Shown in pieces: positions 10,510 to 20,005 of a DNA stretch of 64,000 nucleotides. How positions within the stretch are numbered: position 1 is the first letter of the stretch; each line of letters starts with the position of its first letter. The notes under the pieces are model-generated. The model saw only the letters and a list, made by a program, of their open reading frames with translations. It did not search any database and had not been told where the DNA came from. Origin of the DNA: Cyanophora paradoxa CCMP329 (taxonomy: Eukaryota; Plantae; Glaucophyta); the NCBI GenBank assembly GCA_004431415.1, contig QPMI01000429.1:1-64000 (forward strand), in the 5' to 3' direction. The position numbers were made by a program, and so were the translations under genes.

Positions 10510-13500
10510 ATGAGCTTCAATTACCCACCCAATCTAGAAACCATTCAAGATGATAATGCAAGCAGCACCAAGCATGTGAACTTTGATAATATTAAAGTAA
10601 AGGGTTCAGTTTCAATTGACCACAGCTCTGATAATTCATCAAAGACTCAATCAAGGGAGCATGCTTTATCTGTGAATCAAACCGATCCAGATAAAGAGGA
10701 GGTCAGTGTTGCTTTTAGTTTGGGTAATGTGAAAGCAAACCAAGTGGCAGAGATCAAAGCAACAAGAAGGAGACCTAGGAAACTAAAAACCAGTGGCACT
10801 CACCCAGATATACCTTCCAGGTTCGATAGTGGTCGATTGATTTTCAATGTTCAAGATGAGCAGGGCAAACAGAACACAGCTTTGCGAATTTACAATGAGG
10901 GCAGCACTGCAAAAGCTGAGGTCCCCAAGTATTGCAAGTGGGTCCCATTGCCAACACAAATCAGGTCTCCTACACAAATGATGTATACCCCAAGGATATT
11001 ACATATGACTTTGCGAGGAATGAGCCTTTTGGGTTTTTTACTCCAAAAGATGTCCATCAAAAAAAGCCATCAATTACAATCAACAGTAGCCCCAGTCAAC
11101 CAGTAGCAATCCATTTACACCCTGATTTAGTCGAAATGGATAGGCACCTTTTGCCTTTGTATAGCAATGTGAAAGACCTTGGAATTCGAACCAGGCAATG
11201 GCGAAATATCCATGGCAGCAATGTGTATGCAAATGGAGAGAAGCTTGTAAGTGAGAAAACCCTAAGAGAAATCATTGAGCATTATGGTCCCAATGGACCT
11301 ACTGTCCCATTCCCTATTCCATTTCCCAATGGACCACCCGATTTAACACCAAAGAAGCAACCTGGAAGAGAATACACAGCAACTGAAGATGTAGCCTTTG
11401 GGCAGCACATTGTTAGTTGGGAGCAAGTTCGCAATAAACCTATAATTGAACCAAAAAAGCAAATAGATGAGCAGTATTTACCTCCTGAAATCGATATATT
11501 AGAGCTTGATGAATATCAATTCGTTCCAGATGAGGAAGAATATTTACCAGATGGTTTTGACCCACAAGAATATGAATATGATCAGTTTGATCCCAATGAG
11601 GAGGAGATACTACCAGATGGCTTAGATCCACAAGAGTTTGAGTATGAGCAGAACTATGAACCTGATGAGGAGTATTTGCCAGATGGGCATGATCCACCAG
11701 TTGTTGATTATGAGCAACCTTATGAACCCCATGAGGAATTATTACCAGATGGATTTCGACCTGAGATCTGGGAGTTCTTTCCTGATTATGAACAAATTAA
11801 TAATAAACCTGCAAAGTATCCCCAGAGGATCACAATCATGATTGGGATGAGATCTTAGGCAAACCTCAAAAGTATCCACCAGAGGATCACAGGCATGATT
11901 GGGGTGAAATTGATGGGATTCCAACTGAGTTCCCACCAAGCAAACATGAACATATTTGGGATGAGATCAATGACCAACCAGAATTTGCAAAGGTGGAGCC
12001 TCTTGATAACTTGGGGTTTCTCTTTACCAGACTTGTAATATCCCTGAAAGGATCTTTTTGAATGAACACTATGTTCATGTGAATGGGACACTTGCAAATT
12101 CAGCTATGAGAGGACCACTTCATATTAGGACATTACCAGGCTCTTTTGAAACCCACCACCACCAGGAGCAACCATACCAAATATCTTTGTGTCAAGCTAC
12201 ATGGAGGCTGACATTCCCACAGATACATTCAGAGTCCCAACAGACCCAGCAACCTACCAAAATTACAACTCTGCTATACAGGTTCATGTAGCAGATGTAA
12301 GCAGCTTAGATGGCTCAAGACCAATGATAGTTTTCAGTCGAGATAAGTATTCCTACATTCCCATAGTGGGAACTGCAAATGATAATTATGGAAGGGCAGA
12401 GCTTGCATGGATTAAAACAGATTATGGTGGGGTTCTGGAAGCCAATCAAAGAATGGCTGCAAAAAACATACACAATGAGAGCATTTCGAGAGTAGTCACA
12501 GAGGATTACCTTCAAGCTCAGAACTACATAGATGAAACAGAACTAAATACAATCATTGCAGGTATAGGTATTGGTGTTACAGGCAATTACCTCCCTCTCA
12601 CAGGTGGGACTATTGATGGAACAGTAACAGCATGTAACTTCTTTGTCCATACTGAAAGCAATCAAACCTTTCCTGTGGTTCATCCAGGAGGTGAGTATGA
12701 GATACCTGATGATCCAGCTATTATGCCCATTAAGATTGATCTCCCTTCTGATTATGTAGGAAGGGGTGAACTAAAGACCATCTCTTTCACAGGAGATTAT
12801 AATGATCTCATAAATAAACCTACTGCTGCAAATCTGCATCCTGTTGCATTTTCGGGTAGTTTCCTTGATCTAAATAATAGATCACACACCCACACAAAGG
12901 CAGAAATCACAGATTTTGCACACACTCACACCAAATCACAAATTACAGATTTTGCACACTTCCACACAAGAGCAGATATCACAAATTTCGCTCACACTCA
13001 TGTTAAATCAGAGATATTAGATCTCGGAAATGTTGCATATGTGGGTCACACCCATACCAAGGCAGAGATTACAGATCTTGGAAATGTTGCATATGTTGGT
13101 CACACCCACACAAAGGCAGAGATTACAGATTTTGCACACACTCATGATTGGAATACAGATATCTATAACAAACCTGCAATTTTCTCAGGAAACTACAATG
13201 ATTTGACCAATAGACCAACTCTTGATCCTTTCACAGCCACCACAATCAGAGCCAACAACACAATGTATGTAGGATCAGGTCAGATTGTAGAACCAGCAGG
13301 ACCTATGTTTGAAGAAACATGGTTCTTCCACAATTCGCAGAATTACTTTGATAAAACCTTACTTGTTCGTGGAAATGCCTATGCAAGAAATTTCTATGCT
13401 ATGAACCCCTCAAATAATGCGACCATCAGTCGATGTATTACAGAGGCAGATCTTTCCAGTCAACTCAATGCATATTTTAATGGGAAAATCCAAGCAGGAA

Positions 13501-13766
13501 CGTATGTTTACACTACTCCTTATCTTTGGGCAAATCCTGACCATAGGTTTAACCTCACTATTAATTTCAACAGCAGCTTTGCTAACCCTCCTATTGTAAC
13601 AACTGGTATACAACACAATGAGACAGCCTACTACTATCGAATGTATGTTAGGCTTAAACAAGTTTACAGTAGCTATTTCACTTGTGAGCTTGACATAGTT
13701 CCATTAAGTTCTTTTGACAGACCAGGATTTCCAGTTACAATTCATTACATTGCTGTCGCAATTTAA
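10510..13766 (+). CDS. Long fibre/adhesin-like protein (ORFs 10510-11106, 10932-11858, 12058-12291 and 12189-13766 probably one frameshifted gene)
   Basis: Acidic EEYLPDG.DP repeats, PP.DH.HDW.EI..KP repeats (off-frame, 11810-11990), FSG.YNDL.NKP and HTHTKAEITDF phage-fibre repeats, C-terminal H-type-lectin/gp53-like domain (INFNSSFANPPIV...IHYIAV). Confidence 0.75.
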
Positions 13767-13785
13767 CTATTTCGTAATTATAAAG

Positions 13786-14865
13786 ATGACCTCCCTTTTA
13801 GAGATTCCGAACTATGAACTTGCAGCCAAATCACTCCACAGCACCTCTCATGAAGTAGTCGACTCCACACCCGGTTTTATTTGCACTGAAACTACAAGTA
13901 ATACCTCTTTCACAGAGAACAGTATACTGAGGGTCAAAGAAATTCGATGTGATCGAAATGGAGGCAAGATTAGAACCACAGGCATTATAATCTCGAATAA
14001 AAACCAAGTTCAAGCAGGTCAGGTAGTCCCCAATTCAGCAATATATGATAATGTGGGTGGATTCACCACAGCACAGATAGTTACTTTTGGTAATACAAGC
14101 AATAATTCTGCTCTTGTGGTGAAAAGTGGAGGAGCCTACATTGGTGATGGAGCAAATGTAGCAGGAACTCTGACAGCAAATCAATTGACTGTGAGTGGGA
14201 CATGTTCATTTGCAGGATTGATGACCTTTAATGGTGGGCTTTCAGGGAATATTCAGTATGGAACACTCACACTTTCCACAAGAATAAATACACCTGAGAT
14301 TGACAACATGAGTGACATAGTCATGAATTACAAGAGGAATGGGGATACCATTCTTTCTCTTCAAAAAACTACTCAAACAGATAACACAACTGTTCAACAT
14401 CTCACACTTCCTGACTACAAGTATCTGAAATTAAGTAGTCACCCTCGTTTCTTTGCAACAAAACAGGAACCAAATGGGTCAATAACTGAAACATTTCGTT
14501 ACATTCTAACCGAATCCTTTTATGCGATAGTCAACAATGGAAATCATTTCAATACCACAACAGGGCTTTTTACCGCACCTGTTTCCGGTAACTATTTAGT
14601 CTCATTCAGTGGATTCTTTTTTATTCCTGATACTCGAAGAAATGGAATAATCACTACCTTCTTACGGAAGAATGGAAGCTCATTTGGAGTTGAGGTTACA
14701 ACTTTAAATAAATCATCAACTGTGTATGCTCATAATGGGTTTGAGATTATTGTAAGCCTTGAAGCTAATGATGGTCTCTCTTTAACTTTTGCTTCTAATG
14801 ATGCTGGTAATATAGAATATAATGTCAGATTTTTCTTCGGATGTATGCTTCTCAGCTCTTCATAA
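13786..14865 (+). CDS. Fibre paralogue A with C-terminal C1q-like domain
   Basis: Shared N-terminal module (KEIRCDRNGG.VRTT, SGGAYIGDG); PRF...NNGNHFNTTTGLFTAPVSGNY...LRKNG C1q signature; ATG 13786 after TAAAG. Confidence 0.82.
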   Translation: MTSLLEIPNYELAAKSLHSTSHEVVDSTPGFICTETTSNTSFTENSILRVKEIRCDRNGGKIRTTGIIISNKNQVQAGQVVPNSAIYDNVGGFTTAQIVTFGNTSNNSALVVKSGGAYIGDGANVAGTLTANQLTVSGTCSFAGLMTFNGGLSGNIQYGTLTLSTRINTPEIDNMSDIVMNYKRNGDTILSLQKTTQTDNTTVQHLTLPDYKYLKLSSHPRFFATKQEPNGSITETFRYILTESFYAIVNNGNHFNTTTGLFTAPVSGNYLVSFSGFFFIPDTRRNGIITTFLRKNGSSFGVEVTTLNKSSTVYAHNGFEIIVSLEANDGLSLTFASNDAGNIEYNVRFFFGCMLLSSS

Positions 14866-14887
14866 TATTATCCACATAATGTAAAGT

Positions 14888-15906
14888 ATGACCACTCAAA
14901 TAGCTGTCCCTGTTTTCTGTTATGCCGCCCCAAAATTACATCAACTCAATCACACAGTAACAGATGCAACCCCTGGTTTTATTTGCACTGAAACGACAGG
15001 AGCCGATTCGTTTTCTCAAAACTCTGTGATCAGATGCAAAGAAATTCGATGTGATCGCAATGGGGGCAAGGTGAGAACCACAGGTTTAATAGTTTCAAAC
15101 AAAAACCAAGTTCAATCAGGTCAGATAGTCTCAGATTCATCAATATATGATGATGTTGGAGGGGTCACCACACCCAAAATAGTAACCTTTGACAATACAA
15201 TTAATAACTCTGCTCTTGTTGTGAGAAGTGGAGGAGCTTACATTGGAGATGGGGCAAGAGTTGATGGAACTCTTACAGCAAACCAGGTGAGTATTACAGG
15301 AACAAGCACCTTTACAGGATTGGTAACAGCTAATGCTGGTATTTCACTACCAATTGCCTCACAGGCTACAATCACAGCAACAAACAAGGTTGTTACACCA
15401 GAAATCGATACAGGAGCCAATGTAGACCTTCTCCTGAAACGAAATAGTAACACTGTTGTTACTCTGGAAGCGAATAGTTTGACAGTTAATACAGGGTGTT
15501 ATCTCAAAACATCACATCCACGATTTTCAGTTCAACTTGGCTACAACCACACTGCTACAACTTCTGCTGATCTAATAAACTGGGCAACAGTTCGAGTAAA
15601 CAATACCAATTCATTCAGCACATCAACTGGAAGGTTCACAGCACCTGTTGCAGGACACTATCGATTTTCAGTATTCACTTCTTCAACCACAACTTCTGCT
15701 ATTGAATTGTTTCTCAGGGTAAACAATGCAGATCCAGGGGATTGAGCATTTCCCAAGTTCACAATCTGTCAACAACAAATAAAGCGCTGTGTTTCTCTTG
15801 CATTCTCAATCTTGCCCAAAACGAATATGTGACACTTGTTACAAATTCAGTCGGTTCCTATGCAAGTCAAACAGCCTTCTCAGGTGAATTAATAAGCATC
15901 GTTTAA
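14888..15906 (+). CDS. Fibre paralogue B with C-terminal C1q-like domain (frameshift near 15740)
   Basis: Same N-terminal module; FSTSTGRFTAPVAGHYRFS; off-frame continuation ...ILNLAQNEYV...FSGELISIV ends at 15906. Confidence 0.82.
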
Positions 15907-15928
15907 TTTTCTTATGGTAGTTTAGGAA

Positions 15929-16195
15929 ATGTCGAATATTTACCAAGTGGTTCTATCTGATATTGAGAAGTTGGGAATGGAATTTTGTGCTGCTTCTGTT
16001 CAAGATTGGATCGATAATGCAGCCCATAACAGGGCAAGAATCGCAATTGATGAGATTGTTCAGAAAGAGATCCACTCTTGCATCTCAGGTGGAGTTCAAA
16101 TACCAACCTCAAAGGAAGCAATTGTGTTACAGGCATTCCAAAGGGGAACTGTTAAAAAAGCGATCGAGTATAATATTATCACAGAAGAGCTGTGA
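15929..16195 (+). CDS. Small phage-like protein, possible fibre partner/chaperone
   Basis: QDWIDNAAHNRARIAIDEIV...QIPTSKEAIVLQAF resembles (from recall) small ORFs that follow C1q-type fibres in aquatic tailed phages. Confidence 0.6.
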   Translation: MSNIYQVVLSDIEKLGMEFCAASVQDWIDNAAHNRARIAIDEIVQKEIHSCISGGVQIPTSKEAIVLQAFQRGTVKKAIEYNIITEEL

Positions 16196-16230
16196 ACATT
16201 ATTTTTCTTTCCTTCTTAGTAAAAGAAGCA

Positions 16231-17076
16231 ATGGGTGAATATAATCGGGTTCAACTGCCTATATATTCCCTTGGATCCCCTGCAATGCATTTTCGCCAGC
16301 ATGAAGTAAATGATGAGGTTCGTGGTTTAGAATCCACAGAGAGACCCAATTCCAATGGTAACTCCTTTGATAAAAATTCGATTATTCGAGTAAAAGAGCT
16401 GAGAGCTGATAAGAATTCTGGTGTGGTTAAAACAACTCGACTTCTTGTCACCAATGCTAACTTCTTCCAGCCTACAAATGGAGGTCCTGATGCTTACAGT
16501 GTTGCCCTGAAAGCCCTAGATTTCGACAAGAATACTGCTGCTGTTACTGTGAGATCAGGAGGAGCATTTATTGGGGGAGGTTGCAGAGTGTCAGGTCAAC
16601 TCTCATCCTCCATTTCGTATAATGATGTCCCAGATACTCTAGAGCAAAATGTGGAAGACCCCCAACGAATTCGATTATATACTCCTGTTGCACAGCAGCC
16701 ATTAATTCAATTTTACATTGGATATACTGTTACTCTTGAAAACTCGGAATTAATTGAAGGAACCAAAAGAGTACTGAGAGGTCTTGCGATTCCATCTGCA
16801 ATGCTTTCCCTTTGTAGAGCCAACAACAATCAAGTAGGTCATAAATACTATTTCAATGTTCAGGGATATAATCATTTCGGTTATGGCTACTGTGTTTATA
16901 ATAATAATTTCACCTTTGACTTGTTTGTTACAGATATTGGGTTATATACTATAACTCTTATCGGTTTGAGAACAGATATAGCCGCTGTATCAGCTCTTAG
17001 AGGTGTAACTCCTGATACTCTTTCAGTTACAGGGTTTTACCAAGAGCCAGATGTAATTGATGACCCAACCCCATAA
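16231..17076 (+). CDS. Fibre paralogue C with non-C1q C-terminal domain
   Basis: Shared N-terminal module (RVKELRADKNSGVVKTT, SGGAFIG); C-terminus HFGYGY...GLYTITLIGLRTD. Confidence 0.72.
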   Translation: MGEYNRVQLPIYSLGSPAMHFRQHEVNDEVRGLESTERPNSNGNSFDKNSIIRVKELRADKNSGVVKTTRLLVTNANFFQPTNGGPDAYSVALKALDFDKNTAAVTVRSGGAFIGGGCRVSGQLSSSISYNDVPDTLEQNVEDPQRIRLYTPVAQQPLIQFYIGYTVTLENSELIEGTKRVLRGLAIPSAMLSLCRANNNQVGHKYYFNVQGYNHFGYGYCVYNNNFTFDLFVTDIGLYTITLIGLRTDIAAVSALRGVTPDTLSVTGFYQEPDVIDDPTP

Positions 17077-17099
17077 AAGATATATCCCTTTAATGTAAA

Positions 17100-17934
17100 A
17101 TGGCAGAGGCACCCACACCAATAGAGCGAATTATAACACCACAGCTATCATTAGCTGCCCCAGCAAACCATGTTTTACAGCATGCTACTTTTGATGATGT
17201 GGAAGGTCTCCAATCCACAGAGGTCCAACCTACCATGAATACTTTTGGTTCCACCCACAAACTGAGATTGCAGGAACTCAGATGTGATAAAAATAATGGA
17301 ATAGTTAAGACAACTAAGCTACTTGTCACAAATGCAAACTTTTCTGCTCATTATGGAGACCCAGATAGCTATGGAGATCCTCTGTCTACTTATTCTTTTG
17401 AATCTAGGTCTGGAGCTATTAACTGCAAATCGGGGGGAGCTTATATTGGTGATGGTCTTAGGGTTGGTGGGGCTGTTGGAGCGCCTCTATTTGTGAATGA
17501 TCAACCCAATCCCATTGATCCTAACACAAGAATTCGAACCTATGTCCCAGCATGAATGCCCCCTATATAATCAAGATATTCCCAATTGTTGTGAATGAAC
17601 AAACAGCAGTAGTAGACTCTCTTGTTGAGATTGGTGACCACTATAAGGTAGTTGTTGATATTCCACCTGATGTTTATGCTGTTTGCCAAGTAGAGGGTGG
17701 AACTCCTAATTTTGCTGTTGTGATCACCCATATGATAATTTTGGTATTGCTTATCATGGAGTCAATTTCGGTTTGGAAGATTATCAGTTCTTAGTGAGAG
17801 CCACCAAGTTTGGTATCTACAAGTGTGTATTATATGCTGAGAGAACCGATTTTATTGCAAGGCAGAATACCTATGCTGAGTATTATGGCACAAATCGATA
17901 TTTCCCCATTTTTGGACAGGATACTGCTCCATAA
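17100..17934 (+). CDS. Fibre paralogue D (frameshifted near 17550 and 17730), C-terminus related to paralogue C
   Basis: Shared module (LQELRCDKNNGIVKTT, SGGAYIGDG); manual joining gives ITPYDNFGIAY...GIYKCVLYAERTD, stop at 17932-17934. Confidence 0.68.
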
Positions 17935-17956
17935 GAATATTGGTTATATATAGAGT

Positions 17957-18229
17957 ATGGATAGTAAAACAAAAAAGTTTATTGATGCTGCTATGACAGT
18001 TCATGGTAAAGATAAATTCGATTACAGTGAGACACATTACATCAAAGCTCAAGAGAAAGTATCTGTTAGATGTTTGCAGTGTAACAAGGTGATCCTTACA
18101 TATCCCTTTAATCATGTGAAGGGATCAGGTTGTAGGGAATGCAACAAAAAGCATTCTCAGGCTTACAGGAAAAGGGCTACTTCATCAATCAAAGTAGAGT
18201 ACAGGGATATTTGCATTAGGTTCGATTAG
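17957..18229 (+). CDS. Stand-alone Zn-ribbon (DUF723-like) protein
   Basis: FI..A..VHG.DKFDYS...Y.....KV...CxxC.......HxxGxGCxxC, the repeat unit of viral homing-endonuclease-associated domains; no nuclease domain attached. Confidence 0.72.
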   Translation: MDSKTKKFIDAAMTVHGKDKFDYSETHYIKAQEKVSVRCLQCNKVILTYPFNHVKGSGCRECNKKHSQAYRKRATSSIKVEYRDICIRFD

Positions 18230-18258
18230 GATTAATTAATTTTTCTAAGGTATTCTTA

Positions 18259-18657
18259 ATGGAGACTAAATACAGAGGCTTTCATGTAATGCTTGATTAC
18301 AAGGCTAAAACAGCTATAGCAACAGGTTATGAGCATGTTAGCTTTCTTGGTAATTGGATTATGAGAACCCTTGAACAAGCAATATTGAGACAAGGTATTA
18401 GGATTGTTCATAAACACTGTGAGATATTTGATGGCAAACTATCACCTCCTGGTTTTGCTTTGGTTCTGCTATTAGATGAAAGCCATTGTACAGCTCATTG
18501 TTATTCCAATGAAGGCATGTTAGCAATTGATATATTCAGTTGTGGTAAAGAAGCTCAGCATAAAACACAATCAGTAGCAGATGAGATCGATAAAACAATG
18601 AATTTCTTAACATTTGAGAAGACTGAGAGACATAAACATGATAGATTCCCGTTTTGA
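18259..18657 (+). CDS. speD: S-adenosylmethionine decarboxylase proenzyme, short prokaryotic type (class 1B)
   Basis: G.H..LD start, PPGF..V.LLDESH self-cleavage motif, AHCY.....AIDIFSCG; 132 aa, intact. Confidence 0.9.
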   Translation: METKYRGFHVMLDYKAKTAIATGYEHVSFLGNWIMRTLEQAILRQGIRIVHKHCEIFDGKLSPPGFALVLLLDESHCTAHCYSNEGMLAIDIFSCGKEAQHKTQSVADEIDKTMNFLTFEKTERHKHDRFPF

Positions 18658-18901
18658 TGGGTTTCTATAATGAATTTCTAAAGGATTCCTTTGTTTTCTA
18701 ACAATAACATTGATAAGCTACTGTAACAAAAAGATATAATATATCCTTTCACTACAGTAGCTTTATACAATGATTATTTTCCGGATTCCGGACATTTTTT
18801 ACGATAGAATTCTATTGTAAGTAATTGGAATAATGTTCGATTTCATTACAGTAAAACTCAACATTCCCCTAGATTCCCCCTATTATATAATATTTATATT
18901 A

Positions 18902-19620
18902 AAGTGGACTCAAGGTTGACTCATATTAATCGTAAAAGTAGTAATAGTATATGGATTTTGTTACGAATTCAATGCAAGGGTTGACTAAGTGGGTTGAGTT
19001 GACTCAAATTTCACAGGAAATATTTGGGACCAAAAGTTTTCTAAAAAGGATTTCAAAAAATGTGTCAACTCCCCCCACTTAGTCAACCCTGACCATAAAC
19101 AGTAAGGATTTGAGCTAACATGTATCACAAAGTGAACATTTTGAGTCCACTTAGAAGATCCACCTAACAGTTTAGAGTCAAATTTACTTGGGAATTCGAT
19201 TTGTATAAAAAGTGAGTCCACCCTGACCATATTCAATAAGCATTCCTCTTAATCCCCTTGTTTATATTTACATTGATTAATATTTAATACTAAGTGGACT
19301 CATGGTTGATTCATATTAATCGTAAAAGGAGTAAATGTATATAAAAATGTGACCATTTCAATGCTAAGGTTGACTAAGTGGGTTGAGTTGACTCAAATTT
19401 CAGAGGAAATTTTGAGATCCAAAGAATATTCTATAAAAGATTTTGAAAAATGTGTCAACTCCCCCCACTTAGTCAACCCTGACCATATACAGTAAGCATA
19501 AGAACTTAAATGTATCACAAAGTGAACATTATGAGTCCACTTAGAAGATCCACTTTTGAAATCAAAGTTGATTTTGCTTGAAATTTCAAAGTTGATCTAA
19601 AAGTGAGTCCACCCTGATTG
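18902..19620. repeat. Two ~390-bp tandem direct repeats built from inverted GAGTC(A/C)AC motifs (candidate replication origin)
   Basis: aagtggactca at 18902 and 19292; ggttgactaagtgggttgagttgactcaaattt at ~18979 and ~19368; tgtgtcaactccccccacttagtcaaccctgaccata at 19061 and 19451. Confidence 0.92.
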
Positions 19621-19778
19621 ATTATGGTAACAAAGTTGACTAAGTTGACTAAGTTGAGTCATCTTAAGAAATTCAAGAAGACTAAGAGTTCAAAATGTTT
19701 ATGAAAAGTGAGTCAACTTAGACCACTTATGGTAACAAAGTTAAATATTTAATTGATTTAATCGGAAAAGAACATGAT

Positions 19779-20005
19779 TTAATCGAATTTATTGATATAA
19801 TTCCGATTAGATTCATTTAGGATTCAATTAAGATTAATCGAAGTTATAGATATAATTCCGATTAACTACAATTAAGATACAATATCGATTAATCGAGTTT
19901 ATCGATATAACATCGATTAAATTAATTGAAAATGCATGTAAAAATATGAAAATTCATGTGAAAATTCAAATAAATTAATCGATTTTATTGATATAACATC
20001 GAATC
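19779..20005. repeat. Four ~32-bp imperfect palindromes (TTAATCGA...TCGATTAA type)
   Basis: Copies start at 19779, 19834, 19889 (55-bp period) and 19975; best copy ttaatcgagtttatcgatataacatcgattaa. Confidence 0.8.

Noticed and set aside
10510-17934. Bacterial prophage tail region or contaminant
   Set aside because: No terminase, portal or HK97 capsid; A32-type ATPase and pentons indicate a PLV; no consistent Shine-Dalgarno motifs. A chimeric join at 20079 cannot be fully excluded without reads.
13786-17934. Diversity-generating retroelement acting on fibre tips
   Set aside because: No reverse transcriptase and no template/variable repeat pair differing at adenines; the shared sequence is N-terminal.
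18902-20005. CRISPR-like array
   Set aside because: Repeats occur in both orientations with irregular spacing, spacers are homologous between units, and there are no cas genes.
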